Part shown: one piece after another, positions 1 to 14,206 of the stretch
How positions within the stretch are numbered: the stretch's first letter is position 1
Layout: each line of letters starts with the position of its first letter
Assembly: GCA_964016885.1 (NCBI GenBank)
Contig: OZ024741.1
Span: 66,464,001 to 66,528,000 of the forward strand
From: Eledone cirrhosa
Taxonomy: Eukaryota
Length of the DNA stretch: 64,000 nucleotides
Reading direction: 5' to 3'
Position numbers and translations under genes: made by a program
The notes under the pieces: generated by a model
Seen by the model: the letters and a program-made list of their open reading frames with translations, nothing else
Database searches by the model: none
Told to the model about the DNA's origin: nothing

Positions 1-867
1 TGAAACTCCACCGCGGCGTTCTATAGAGGATTAGTGGAGGGGAAGAGCGACGACGTACTTGGGGAAACTCTAGGCATCGACAAAAATCAACTAGCCAATC
101 TCTTCGGAAAAACTTTCGAGCCGGGTCCTATGGACAACTTCCAGAAATCCCTGGCCTTGCAGTGCTACAGAGGAGCCTTGCCAGTTCGGGATAAATTCTA
201 CAGGCATGGAGGTGGCGCAGGGCGACGAAACCCTCCTGCACGCACTCGTCCAGTGTCCGAGAACTGCTGACTTGCGGGTTTATGTCGAACACCTGCTGTC
301 ACGTGTAGGACGGATCCGGCTATCAGCTGAGTCCATCGTGAGGATTGTCCCGCCCTCTTCCTTTAGCCGAGAAGGGCAGGCAGTTTTTATCTGTCTGGTG
401 GCCATGGCGAAAGAGATAGTATGGTGGACACGTTTGAAAGGGCTGAAGACGAGCACTTACCTCTTCGGTGATGCCCTGATTAACTTTTTCAAATTTCATT
501 TGAAAAGGAAAATCAGGGTAGAGAGGGAAGTGCTCTCTTCCCAGCATTTTGTTGAAAGATGGGTAAAAGAAGCAAGTATGGCCCGTGTGAATGGGCCTAC
601 TCTGAGTATCTGTCTGTAAATTAAAGGTGGAAAACTGGGAGAGGGCACTTGCCCTGGTGGTCAGGGTCACTGTGGCCTTTTAATGGGCTTTCTCCACAAA
701 TGTCCCTCGGAAGTCTCCCCCCTATTGGGGAATTTTTCATTGTTATTTTTTATTACATCCTCTGTTTTTGTTTTTTGCACGCAGAAATGCCCATTTGTAC
801 CGTCCTGTATTGTCCTGTACTGTCCTTAATGTCTACTTTATGTAAACCCTTGTGGTTAATAAAGAAA
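1..867 (+). mobile_element. Tx1/L1-clade LINE, family C, 3' fragment (degenerate ORF2 C-terminus + 3'UTR)
   Basis: ORFs 34-270 and 206-619 match the ORF2 C-terminus (PGPMDNFQKSLA, WWTRLKG, ARVNGP). Near-identical to ~49015-49906. Ends AATAAAGAAA followed by tcattattatt. Confidence 0.9.
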
Positions 868-949
868 TCATTATTATTGTTATTACTCTTTGAGTCTCAG
901 TCATTGATGTTATTATTATTATTATTAATATTATTATTATTATTATTAC

Positions 950-1013
<64 letters not shown>

Positions 1014-1228
1014 TATCGTTGCATTACCATCTTTGTTTGTTTACTGTCTCGCTCGTTCCCCCTATTTACGTGTCCCAACGACTTTCTTTAGCCGTTGCTC
1101 GCACCAACCAAAGGTATATGATCTTTAAAGCGATGAAATACCAATGAAGGCTGGAAGATCACTGATGAAGGACTAAATTTATTCATATGTAACCCATTTG
1201 CAACCACGCAGCACGCTATGTTTTCATA

Positions 1229-1300
<72 letters not shown>

Positions 1301-1403
1301 TATTGAAATTTCCGTTGGAAACAGAAAAGGTCATAGAAATGAAGAGTGCTCTATGTAAGTATCAGAGCAAAATATAATGTATAAAAATCAATACAATATA
1401 ATT

Positions 1404-1475
1404 ACCTCATTACCAGAGGTTTCCCGAATGAGGCGAATACGAAATAAACGACTTCATTCGTTCGTCAGACGAGGC
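1404..1475 (-). ncRNA. Type I hammerhead ribozyme motif
   Basis: Minus strand: gcctcgt CTGACGA acgaatga...tcattcgg GAAA c-ctctg-g TA atgaggt. Helix I and helix II pair. Confidence 0.65.
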
Positions 1476-2498
1476 AATATAAGACATGGGCAAATACTTA
1501 GAAAAACACATCAAGAAAATCAAAAAAAGATATAGATAAATGAAATAGAAATTGAAATATATAAAAAATCTGTCAAGAAATATAGTTAGGTGTGTGTATA
1601 TGTATGTATATACGCTCACAGATGTGCATATATGTATATGCGCACATGTGTATGTATAGTGAGAAAGTGTGCGTAATTCTAAAATTTAGGGCAAATGTAT
1701 CTATATGTCTGTATTATACAGACAAAAATGGTTACATCGTAAATATATGAATATGAAGGCGCGCGCATAAAACGCCTGGACACTCGTACGCTTAGGTGCG
1801 GAAAGAAAGGAGGTAAGGGAGAGTAATAATTAAAAAAAAAGTATCAGTCTCGATATATTTATAAAAATATAATAACGATAAATTAGAAAGAAAAGATATT
1901 AGAAAGAAAAAATTAAAGAAAACAAAAAAGGGGGGTACATACATACACAGACACGCGTGTCTCACAAAAGAAATGTAAAAATAATTATGCTTATATACAC
2001 ACGCGCACTTACACTTCCATACGTTCGATACGTACATACACACACACACACACATACTTATACTCACGCATATAAACCTGTATATATATATATACAATAT
2101 ATTAACAAATGGAAACTATATTTATTTATAAAACCATATTTATTTCATTATACATATTTCAAGGGCCACCAGAGCAAATTATGGTGCGCTTTCATCATAT
2201 AAAATATAATATAGTTTAGTTTTATAAATAAATATTGACATACCCTTAAAAAATGCAACCATTCTGGTTGGAATCTCCTGGATAGTGTAGTTATTAGATT
2301 TATTGTTGGTTTATTATGCAAATTAGTGTTGGAGGGTTTAAAACAGTATATTCAAATTAAGCCGTTAGAATAGGGAAAAAAAGAAAAGAAAGAGAGAAAA
2401 AAAATATGAAGGAAAGAAAGAAAGAGAGAAAAACCTGAGTATATTTTAGTGAGAGAGAATAGCATAATTTTGAGAGAAGAGACGAAGAAAATAAATAT

Positions 2499-3039
2499 AG
2501 AGTGGATGGATACCGTAAGATGGATAGATCAATAATAACAACTAATAACAGATACTAATAACAATATAGTGTTGATGAATACCATAAGATGGATAGATCA
2601 ATAATAACAACTAATAACAGATACTAATAACAATATAGTGTGGATGAATACTGTAAGATGGATAGATCAATAATTGTTTCTACTTTAGGCACAAGGCCAG
2701 CAATTACCCAGTGCATTACTGGTACTTTATTTTATCGACCCCGTAAGGATGAAAGGCAAAGTCAACCTCGGCGGGATTTGAACTCAGATCGTAAAGGGAC
2801 GTAACTATGCTGGAAAGCATGGCGTCCGACCCTCTACCGATACTGCCAATCTACCGCCCTATGGATAGATCAATAATAACAACTAATAACAGATACTAAT
2901 AACAATATAGTGTGGATGAATACCATAAGATGGATAGATCAATAATAACAACTAATAACAGATACTAATAACAATATAGTGTGGATGAATACCGTAAGAT
3001 GGATAGATCAATAATAACAACTAATAACAGATACTAATA
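2499..3039. repeat. 69-bp tandem minisatellite interrupted by a SINE
   Basis: Unit gtggatgaataccataagatggatagatcaataataacaactaataacagatactaataacaatatagt repeated about 5 times. Confidence 0.85.
2675..2860 (-). mobile_element. tRNA-derived SINE (family S1), full length
   Basis: A-box tggcagtatcgg, B-box gagttcaaatcc, 3' end ccttgtgcctaaagtagaaaca. 17-bp TSD atggatagatcaataat (2658-2674 / 2861-2877). Confidence 0.85.
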
Positions 3040-3332
3040 AAAAAAGATATTAATAAAAAAGATGGATAAAAACAATAATAAAGTTAAGTTGAAGAATTTA
3101 TCTAATGTTTAATTAATAATGTTTAATTAATAATTTTGATTAAATGTTTAATTAATAATTTATCAATTCAATCCTGGTGGCCCTTGACATATGTATAATG
3201 AAATAAATATGGTTTTATAAATATAGTTTCCATTTGTTAATATATTGTATATTTACTCCAATAATTTGTTGAGTGCTTTATATCAACTATAAAAATATTT
3301 TGCTTGTTGTATCCCAACAAATTAAATATAAC

Positions 3333-3442
<110 letters not shown>

Positions 3443-3556
3443 AGGATGAATATAAAATGAAAGTGCTTTTTTTAAAAAAGGAATTTATTAGGTATTGACA
3501 TATGTTTCTGTAACAGACTGAATACCGATGTATCGCTGCTTGCGTAATCATATAAT

Positions 3557-3729
3557 TGTTTCTACTTTAGGCACAAGGCCAGCAATTACCCAGTGCATTA
3601 CTGGTACTTTATTTTATCGACCCCGTAAGGATGAAAGGCAAAGTCAACCTCGGCGGGATTTGAACTCAGATCGTAAAGGGACGTAACTATGCTGGAAAGC
3701 ATGGCGTCCGACCCTCTACCGATACTGCC
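3557..3729 (-). mobile_element. SINE S1 inserted in the Naiad 3' pLTR region
   Basis: Near-identical to 2675-2860. 11-bp TSD aatcatataat (3546-3556 / 3730-3740). Confidence 0.85.
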
Positions 3730-4146
3730 AATCATATAATGTTAGCAAGTATTCGATAGCAAATGTATAATCAGTTGTCACTTCTTCAGAGATTTTGGAT
3801 AAATTGGATAAAATCAGAAAAATTGAAGTATTTATATTAGTAGTAGGGGAAGAAACAGAGGTCTACTTGACCAACTGGACAGTGGACAGGGCTGGTCATT
3901 TGGTGCAGTAGTATTATTTATAAAGTGTCAATTGGGGAAGGGGGAGATTTCGATTGCTACTAAATAACATCAATGCTAGTAGCCAGCTGATATATGCATT
4001 AGGGAATTGAATCAAGAAATCAGAAATCTCATTTTATCTATAGCAGTTTGTATTAAAAGGTAAATAATAGAAGAGTTGATAGAATTAAGACTAATAAAGA
4101 ATGTTAATATCTATTTTGACAATCAAACGGGGATAGAGACAGACGT

Positions 4147-6466
4147 TCAATCCTGGTAGTATTTATAATATGAAAATGTAGATTTTAAGCGATGGTTACA
4201 GTATAACGATCGCTCTATTCTGTTATTTAATAAAATGTTTTTGGATTTCATAATACAAAATAATTCTACATTACATAATTTACAAAATTCCTGTCCATGG
4301 GAATAGGGGGGGGGGGCATGCGCTATTATATCCCATTTTAGGTGAAATTGTTGGTTATTTTCACGCAGCTGCCAAGCCTTGTCTGCGAGTGTTGTTACAT
4401 AACGCTGGTTTTCATGTTTTATCGAGTAACGATGTCTATAAAGGCGTGATTTGAAGGAGGTGGCTGTAGATCCCACATAGTACCACTTCTGTCTATCCGA
4501 TTCGATAGTACATTTGTATACGATGTTGCGTTCAAGACACTGATTGTTCAACGGACACATTCCTGGTTGGACACAGTTGCAATTATAATTTTGCGTTGTT
4601 GTATTGCCATGGATGGGTTGATGAGGTTGCTTATGTAGGACAGGATGTTGTTTGTTGTTTTGTGATGTTATAGCTAATGTTTTACGTATATTGTTATGTG
4701 TTGGAAGGCGTTTATACAACCGTTTTGCGTTAAGCTTTTTTATATGTTGTTCAATATTAGGGGCGGTTGAATATGAAAGTCGAACAGTGTTAGGGTTTAA
4801 GATTTTATTATATTTATGTGATGTTGGAAAGTGTTTTTTAACTAATCGAAAGAATTTTGAGGGTAGATTGGTTTTAATAGAGTTGTTATAGACCGGGTTG
4901 TACCAAATATACTCCTTACATCGCCTTCTGTTTGGTGGTGTGCGACTATTATTGTGTCTATTGCGGTAGTGTATGTATGGTGGTGATTCTGTGCTATTTC
5001 TACTCCTATGGGATTTATTTTGGGTGTTTTGGTGATCTTTGACTATATACTCTATATTATCTAGGTGACCGGCTTTCCTAAGTGCATCATCATAATATTC
5101 GGCATGTTCTTTGAAGGTTTGTTGGTTGGACGACAGGCGGGAGATTCTAAGAGAAACATTTCTAGGGATGGATTTAATTATAGAGAGTGGATGGTTAGAA
5201 CTCGTATTTACATATTTAAGGTTCTCATTTAGTTTATGGAACGGTTTAATCGTATCTGTATTGAGATTGAAAGTAACATCAAGGAAATTGACCTCTTTGA
5301 GGTTATATTCAAATGTAATATTTAATCCTAGTTCCTTAAAAAGCTTTTCTATTTTTACGCATCCTTTCTAAATTCTGGTTATTCATATGCTTAACTAATA
5401 GGAGCGCATCGTCACGGTAGATTCCACCGTGGAGATCCTTGAATTTTCCTTGTAATCTGTGGGTGATATAAATTCCCACAAGATCTGTTACTTCCGCCGA
5501 ATCATTAGAACCCATAGTGATATCAAAATTAGAAGGTCTATCTTTGCGAACCCAGTAGCTATCATCGAATTTAACTATAGTTTTCCTCGCTTCCATAATA
5601 ATTTTAATTTCAGCATCCGTAAGGTCGGAATTATCCTTAGCGAACGAAAGAGCTTCATGTAGAGTATCAGGTGAAATTGAGGAATAATATTCATCAATAT
5701 CAAACTGAATAAATTTTGATTTTTTCTTATCAGTAATGTTATTAAACCATCTTATTGCTTCATGAGTGTTACCCCATAGTTTAATCTCTACTTTAACCTT
5801 AACTTGGGGGATAATTCTGTCTAGTATATATTTGCTAATTTTGCCTATATTAGATTTAGAGGGGCATATAAGTCTAATATTAGGGTTAGTATCGAAGTTT
5901 ACCTTGTGGTCCTTCAGGTTGAAGGATGGTATAGCTGGTGTTAAGGGTTGCGTTCTATCATCAATACAAAGTTTTTTAACAATATCACATGCCGAGTTGT
6001 TGATGTTTTTAAGTGTAGCTTCATTAGTTTTCCTGTATTTTTTATGCAATTCCTTACGGATGAAGTTATTGTAAGTGTCCACATCCATGGTATATACGTT
6101 TGATGTTTTGTCTGCTCTAACAATAATTCCATTGGCGTTTTTTAGATTATTGAGCAGTGCCGTGATGTCATTCTGTAGTTTATTGTTCTTCCGTTTTGTA
6201 AATTTGATCTCCATGATCATATCCATTAGGTCTTGTTCAAATGCATCCAAAAGTGGGTTTGAGGGTGGGTTCTTGTAAGATTTAAATCCAAATTTATCCT
6301 TGTTAAGATCCGATGTTTGGTTTATACGGCTTTTGTCAAAATGGAATGTTTTCCATCTGATTCGTCGAATAAAATCATTGGTCCTTCGTATCATACCTAG
6401 AATATATTCCCTTTTTGCCTGAATAGGTATGTTTTTTAACGACATATCCAATTGGTGCCTTTCCAT
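4147..6466 (-). CDS. PLE reverse transcriptase + GIY-YIG endonuclease, ~772 aa, one frameshift at ~5352-5356
   Basis: RT motifs FDIDEYYSSI, ITMGS, GIYRDD, VNFLDVTF, SNHP, IWYNP. Linker CNCVQPGMC (CxCx5C). GIY-YIG IVYK...YVGST...R. C-terminal CKLC...CNH. Manual translation of 4720-5350 is open and joins the two ORFs. Confidence 0.85.
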
Positions 6467-6727
6467 TTTAGAGGCGTATGCTGAATTAGTTGCTCAACTG
6501 TATAGGAGATTAATAAAATTTCAGGTTATCAATAATGTAGTGATAATATATCGTTACGTTAGAGATGAACAGCGTACGTGCAGGTTTGCTCAACGAGTAT
6601 AAATTATATTCCGGAGAAAATGTAGAAAGGATGAATATAAAATGAAAGTGCTCGTTGAGCAAACCTGCACGTACGCTGTTCATCTCTAACGTAACGATAT
6701 ATTATCACTACATTATTGATAACCTGA

Positions 6728-7923
<1,196 letters not shown>

Positions 7924-8089
7924 TATTTATGTATGTACATTTATATATATATATATATTTATATGTAGGAGGTGAGTAATATTGTAGAACAATAAAACTA
8001 TACATATATCAGATAAGTAGCACTCAACAGTTGGTAGAACTGGAGTATATATAAAGAAGAAATTAAAAGATGGTTAAAAAAGTTCCGTA

Positions 8090-8159
8090 TATTTTATTAT
8101 GCGCATTTCGAAAACAACATCATCCTGGGACAAAAATTGTGTTCTCATCAGATTAAATA
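8090..8159 (-). ncRNA. Minimal type I HHR motif in a pLTR-like fold-back element (7966-8258)
   Basis: tatttaat CTGATGA gaacacaa...gttgttttc GAAA tgcgca TA ataaaata. Palindromic helix III. Same family as 12980-13360. Confidence 0.7.
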
Positions 8160-8251
8160 AGGTAACATGATATGAGGCCTAAAAACACTTGTGACCAGGA
8201 AAGTGTCCAGTCAACATATAGGGAACGTTTTTAACCATCTTTTAATTTCTT

Positions 8252-8293
<42 letters not shown>

Positions 8294-8296
8294 AAG

Positions 8297-8346
<50 letters not shown>

Positions 8347-8897
8347 CAAAGGAATTGTGGTAAGGAACCAGATGGACCATAACGCACCAGAATACTCAAT
8401 ACTTAGGGTAGTAGAGTGGGAAATAGGAAAAAGTATATATATGTATGTGTGTGTGTGTGTATATATATATATGTATACATTAGGGTGGCCCTTATTTTTC
8501 AACTTTCTAAAAGTTTAGCTCCCATCCACCTATCTTGTTACAATTAACACAAAACCCATCTATGCAAAAGTTTAGCTCAAGCGGACAACTGAATTGTCAC
8601 CCTCATGGACCGTGAAATTTTGAAGTTTTCGCCCGGAAAGTCATTTTTTTCTGATAACATGTTTTTATCTCTTATATAATTTTCTCTTAAATTAAAAACT
8701 TGTTCAGACTTATTCTTGGTATTTGAAGGATAAGAAGGTATAAGTTGCCTTCCCCATTATATTTAAAGGCAACTTGAAAAGCTGAAGACAGAGCGCAGGG
8801 CTGAGACCCATTTTTCGCTCTGCAAAATTTTAATTTTCGGAAACATGTATCCGTATGTGATTGACAGCTGAGAGAAATGAGTACTCGGTATTGAGTA

Positions 8898-8947
<50 letters not shown>

Positions 8948-9029
8948 TCTCTTTACTATCCTTGCTTTCATATTTTTCCTTGCTCCCTTTTTCTCATTGT
9001 ATATTTGTATATAAACAAGTACATAGATA

Positions 9030-10030
9030 CAAGGAGAAAGGGAGGGCAAGGAGAAAAGGAGATTAAGGATAAAAGGGGAGCAATGAGAAAAGAGAGGAAG
9101 GATAAAAGGAGAGCAAGGCGACCAATGAAAAAATGAGAATGAAAAAAGGAGAGCAATGAGAAAAGGAGAGCAAGGAGAGCAAGGAGAGCAAGGAGAGCAA
9201 GGCGAGCAAGGAGAGCAAGGAGAGAAGGAGAGCAAGGAGAACAATGAGAAAAGGAGAGCAAGGATAAAAAGAGAGCAAGGTTAAAAGGAGATTAAGAAGA
9301 AAAGGAGAGCAAGGAGAGCAATGAGAAAAGGAGAGCAAGAATTGCAAGGAGAGCAATGAGTAAAGGAGAATAAGGAGAATATGGAGAAAAGGAGAGAAAG
9401 GAGAGCAATGAGAAAAGAAGAGCAAGGAGAGCAAGAAGAGCAAGGAAGCAAGGAGAGCAATGAGAGAAGGAGAGCAAGGAGAGCAATGAGAAAAGGAGAG
9501 CAAGGATAAAAGGAGAGCAAGGTTAAAAGGAGATTAAGAAGTAAAGGAGAGCAAGGAGAGCAATGAGAAAAGGAGAGCAAGAAGAGCAAGGAGAGCAATG
9601 AGTAAAGGAGAGTAAGGAGAATAAGGAGAAAAGGAGAGTAAGGAGAGCAATGAGAAAAGGAGAGCAAGGAGAGCAAGAAGAGCAAGGATAAAAGGACAGC
9701 AAGAAGAGGAAGGAGAAAAGGAGAACAAGGAGAGCAATGAGAAAAGGAGAGCAAGGATAAAAGGAGAGCAAGGAGGGTAAGGATAAAAGGAGAGCAAGGA
9801 GAGCAAGGATAAAAGGAGAGCAAGGAGAGCAATGAGAAAAGGAGAGCAAGGAGAGCAAGGATATAAGGAGAAAAGGAGAGCAAGGATATAAGGAGAGAAA
9901 GGAGAGCAAGAAGAGCAAGGAGAGAAGGAGAACAAGGAGAGGAATGAGAAAAACAGAGCAAGAATAGCAAGGAGAGAAAGGAGAAAAGGAGAGCAAGGAG
10001 AGCAATGAGAAAAGGAGAGCAAGGAGAGGT
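9030..10030. repeat. Degenerate purine-rich (GGAGAGCAA)n minisatellite
   Basis: About 1 kb of 9-bp-based variants. Source of the spurious Leu/Ser ORFs. Confidence 0.85.
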
Positions 10031-10385
10031 TAAGGCAAATATTGCTCAAGTTATGCTGGAAGCAGACAAAGAGGAAGAAGAAAAAGATCAACTGAAGAGG
10101 TACCAAAATGACTTTTCTTCCTTTACAAACATCGAGTTTTCGTCTTTTCTAACTCCTTTGACAAACACTTTCTTCGCGAGGTTTTCTATCAGCACTGATT
10201 TCCTCGACAAAGACCCTTCAACATGGAAGGATGATCCTGGTTACAAAAGTGGACTTGAAAAACTTCAGAAGATTACAATAACATTCTCACAAAAGGTGAA
10301 ACTGAGAAACAATTTGTTTTACAGATCGTTACCGAAAACCGTAAAACATACCCAACTGCCACTAAATCCTCTCTTATGCAAAAAT

Positions 10386-10555
10386 TGTTTCTCCGTTAGG
10401 TACAAGGCCATCAATTACCCAGTGCATTACTGGTACTTTATTTTATCGACCCCGTAAGGATGAAAGGCAAAGTTAACCTTGGCGGGATTTGAACTCAGAA
10501 TGGCAAGGGCAGTAAAAGCATGGCGTCCGACCCTCTACCAATACTGCCAATCCAC
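10386..10555 (-). mobile_element. SINE S1
   Basis: Shared S1 core. TSD atgcaaaaat (10376-10385 / 10556-10565). Confidence 0.8.
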
Positions 10556-11062
10556 ATGCAAAAATAATATTCAGTGTTCAGTGTTCACATTATGTTTTTG
10601 ATTCTATAGAAATTATTGTTGTAAATAAAATGCGTTTCTCTTATAGAAGTTGTGTGTTTTATTAAGAAAACCTAATATTTCTTAAGTTTTTCATGTTATT
10701 TCAGGAATTTTTCAAATTAACTATTGGTAAATTTGATTCAGAACGTTTTAAAACATTTGCTGGGGTTGCCTGGATGTGTCCATATAAATTTCTCGAAGAA
10801 AAAAAAAAAAGAAAATGTTCGAGATAGGGAACAGTGTACCGCTTTTGAACAGAATTAATCGTTGCGTATACTATGTTCCAACTTCAAGGAGTTCGAGGGT
10901 CGCCTAACAATTGTCCGATTGAGCTGAAATTTTGCACACCCCGGGCTTTTGTTGATTGAAACAGGATTAGGAGGTGGAGCAGCAGAATTTTAACTGCCTG
11001 AAAATTAACTATTGCTAAGGGCCACCCTAATATACATATATATGTATATATATGATATATAC

Positions 11063-11186
<124 letters not shown>

Positions 11187-11339
11187 TATACATACACACA
11201 CATATATACATATGTACGTATGGGTTATATCGAACATTAATAATAATATTCAATTCGTTTGTAAACAAACGGCCCGATTAAAGCTGTGTCATGCCGATGA
11301 CAAATCGTCATCGGTTTGTTCAACACTGACATTGAGGAA

Positions 11340-11380
11340 CAATCAACATGTTTCTGGGTCATTACCCTTCATCAGGACTG
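11340..11380 (-). ncRNA. Minimal type I HHR motif
   Basis: cagtc CTGATGA agggt-aatg-accca GAAA catg TT gattg. Confidence 0.55.
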
Positions 11381-11886
11381 AATATCTCTGCCAGTCTGTT
11401 GAACGGTTGAAAGTATACAGTATTTTCTTAAGTATACATCGGCTGAGTAGCCTCATTTGCATATATCTTTTCGGATCACTGGATTTTCTTATATATATAG
11501 GACAAGTGACCTCATTGCCAAATTTACTTCTATAGTCGAATACCAGTGTTGTCTGAGGACCCGATGAAAGCTTTAACCTGTCTGTATTTTTCGTTGTTGT
11601 AATATTAATGTGGTAACATGCTTCTGGTCACATTATTCATGGTGTCACTATTACCTAACTTCTTGTGTTCACTCTCAGGAGAAATTTATTAATTACTCAC
11701 TCATCGAGTGCTTTGTGACAGTCTTCGAAGATCGGATACCAATCTACTACTTGCAGCTGCAACTTCGATTATACTCATTACTATTATATATATATATATA
11801 TAAGTTTATTCTGGGTTCAATCGGGGGTAACCACAGTCAGTAAGGTACTCAATACATAGCAGAGTATAAATATGTAATATAGAAAT

Positions 11887-11937
11887 GGCTTCTACAGGAC
11901 TAGAACTGTTTCATTCGGGAGAAATCATCAGGAAGCC
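11887..11937 (-). ncRNA. Type I HHR motif with 3-bp helix III
   Basis: ggcttc CTGATGA tttctcccgaat GAAA cag-ttctagtc-ctg TA gaagcc. Paralogue at 50247-50295. Confidence 0.75.
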
Positions 11938-11996
11938 TTGATTATTTCTCCCGAATGAAGCAGTTCTAGTCCTGTACAAGCCATTTATATATATAT

Positions 11997-12114
11997 ATAT
12001 CAACTAGAAATTGATTGACATATAATTAAACATATGAAACAATCACAGGGGATAATTATCGCCTGTGATTGTTTCATATGTTTAATTATATGTCACTCAA
12101 TTTCTAGTTGATAT
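11997..12114. repeat. ~118-bp near-perfect palindrome next to (TA)n
   Basis: atatcaactagaaattga...aatcacagg / cctgtgatt...tcaatttctagttgatat. Confidence 0.85.
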
Positions 12115-12213
12115 AAAATGCTCGGATCTACTCATTAGAATCTTGGAGCATATTTTACGGGTGATATGGCGCATGTCTATAATATAGGTTAGCCTAGGTG
12201 AAAAGAGGAGATG

Positions 12214-12309
<96 letters not shown>

Positions 12310-12558
12310 GCGTGTGTGTGCATGTGTGTGTGAGAGAGAGGGAGAGAGAGAGAGTAAGAGAGATAGATAGATAGACAGATAGATAGATAGAGAGAGAAAG
12401 AGAGCGAGAGAGAGAGACAAATAGAAAGATAGAGAGATAGAGAGATAGACAGAAATAGATAGATCGATCGATAGAGAGAGAGAGAGAGAAAGAGAGCGAG
12501 AGAGAGACAAATAGAGAGATAGAGAGATAGACAGAGATAGATAGATAGATAGATCGAT

Positions 12559-12595
<37 letters not shown>

Positions 12596-12917
12596 AGAGC
12601 GAGAGGGAGAGAGAAAGAGAGAGATAGAGCTGTATTGTGTATATTATATAAATGGATAAAGAGAGTAAGCAAGGAGACAGTCATTATATATGTGCCTCTT
12701 ATTATAGCAGAAGTGATGGGCAGATGAATAGAGTGTGATAGGTAGATAAGTAGATGCTATATTTGTAGTCAGAGAGCTAGATGTATACGGTGAGAGAGGG
12801 GGAGAGAGGGGGAGAGAGAGGGAGAAAGAGAGAGGGGGAGAGAGGGGGGAGAGAGAGAAAGATATATATCTATAGAAGGGGCGAGAGAGGAACGAGAGAG
12901 AGAAAGGAAGCGCCATG

Positions 12918-12978
<61 letters not shown>

Positions 12979-13104
12979 GTAGGAGGTGAGTTTTATTGTA
13001 GTACAATAAAGCAATGCAGATATCGGATAAGAAGCACTCTACAGTTTGTAGGACTGGAGTATACATAATATATAAGAACAAAAGATGGTTAAAAGAGTTC
13101 CATG

Positions 13105-13175
13105 TATTTTATTATGCGCATTTCAAAAACAAATATCATCATGCAATAATATTTGTGTTTTCATCAGATAAAATA
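13105..13175 (-). ncRNA. Minimal type I HHR motif (left arm of fold-back)
   Basis: tattttat CTGATGA aaacacaaatatt...gatatttgttttt GAAA tgcgca TA ataaaata. 8-bp perfect helix I. Confidence 0.78.
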
Positions 13176-13256
13176 GGAAGACATGATATGTCAACATATG
13201 TTGATTTTAAACTGCACTATCCACAAGTGTTTTTTAACCTTCATATCATGTCTTCC

Positions 13257-13327
13257 TATTTTATCTGATGAAAACATAAATATTATTGCATGATGATATT
13301 TGTTTTTGAAATGCGCATAATAAAATA
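13257..13327 (+). ncRNA. Minimal type I HHR motif (right arm of fold-back)
   Basis: Inverted copy of 13105-13175. CTGATGA 13265-13271, GAAA 13308-13311, tgcgca, TA. Confidence 0.78.
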
Positions 13328-13355
13328 CATGGAACTCTTTCAACCATCTTTTGTT

Positions 13356-13424
<69 letters not shown>

Positions 13425-13428
<4 letters not shown>

Positions 13429-13606
13429 CAAAGGCATTGTGGTAAGGAACCACATGGACCAATAACGCACCAGAGTACTCAATACTTAGGGTAGTAGAAT
13501 GGGAAATAAGAAAAAGTATGACCCCGACGGCAGAGCTCAAGCCGTTTCGACTTCCAGAAATAGCCGTCGAAACGGCTTGACCTCTGCCGTCGGGGTCATA
13601 CTTTTT

Positions 13607-13657
<51 letters not shown>

Positions 13658-13836
13658 GAAAAAGTATGACCCCGACGGCAGAGCTCAAGCCGTTTCGACG
13701 TCCAGAAATAGCCGTCGAAACGGCTTGAGCTCTGCCGTCGGGGTCATACTTTTTCTTATTTCTCACACTACTACCCTAAGTATTGAGTACTCTGGTGCGT
13801 TATGGTCCATCTGGTTCCTTACCACAATGCCTTTGT

Positions 13837-13839
<3 letters not shown>
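13425..13839. mobile_element. Two fold-back pLTR fragments of a second Naiad-like family in (TA)n
   Basis: Same sequence as 8344-8435, 17097-17528 and 17852-18087. Contains the 3' half of an HHR: GAAA cggc...gccg TC ggggtc. Confidence 0.65.
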
Positions 13840-13874
<35 letters not shown>

Positions 13875-14166
13875 TACATACATACAGACACACACACACA
13901 CACGCACACATATATATATATGATTGATAGATAGATAGATAGATCTATGTATAGATAGTTAGATAGCTGCATTACACACCTGTATTTTATAAGATAACAA
14001 CATACATAGGTAGAGATAGAGAAATAGAGGAGAATCTGAAGGTAAAAGAGAAAGATAGCTGGAGATAAGCTGATAAATTATCAATGTGTATTTTATAAGA
14101 TAAAGAGAGATAGAGGGAGAGAGAGAGAGAGACATAGAGAGAAGGAGAGTGAGTGAGAGAGAGAGG

Positions 14167-14206
<40 letters not shown>

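Larger units (their letters stand above)
2092..3250. mobile_element. Penelope-like pLTR-derived fold-back element with ~80 bp terminal inverted repeats and a degenerate HHR
   Basis: 2092-2172 is the inverse of 3174-3250. Minus strand 2141-2206 reads tattttat aTGATGA ... GAAA tatgta TA atgaaata (core C mutated). Same family as 42562-42660. Confidence 0.55.
8481..11029 (+). mobile_element. hAT-like DNA transposon derivative with transposase remnant
   Basis: TIR tagggtggccctta / taagggccacccta. 8-bp flanks gtatacat / atatacat. Subterminal inverted motif 8560-8590 / 10910-10938. Transposase-like remnant at 10030-10375 (FLDKDPSTW...; YNNILTKGETEKQFVLQIV). Confidence 0.6.

Noticed and set aside
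2499-3039. CRISPR-like array
   Set aside because: Whole 69-bp units repeat with no unique spacers, there are no cas genes, and the context is eukaryotic.
4147-6466. Selenoprotein recoding as in some Naiads
   Set aside because: No internal in-frame TGA in manual translation. The break is a frameshift, and the only TGA is terminal.
8687-10106. Leu/Ser/Pro-rich ORFs resembling membrane proteins
   Set aside because: Antisense reading of the GGAGAGCAA minisatellite.
11548-11578. CTGAGGA...GAAA hammerhead-like core
   Set aside because: No helix II can form between the two core segments.
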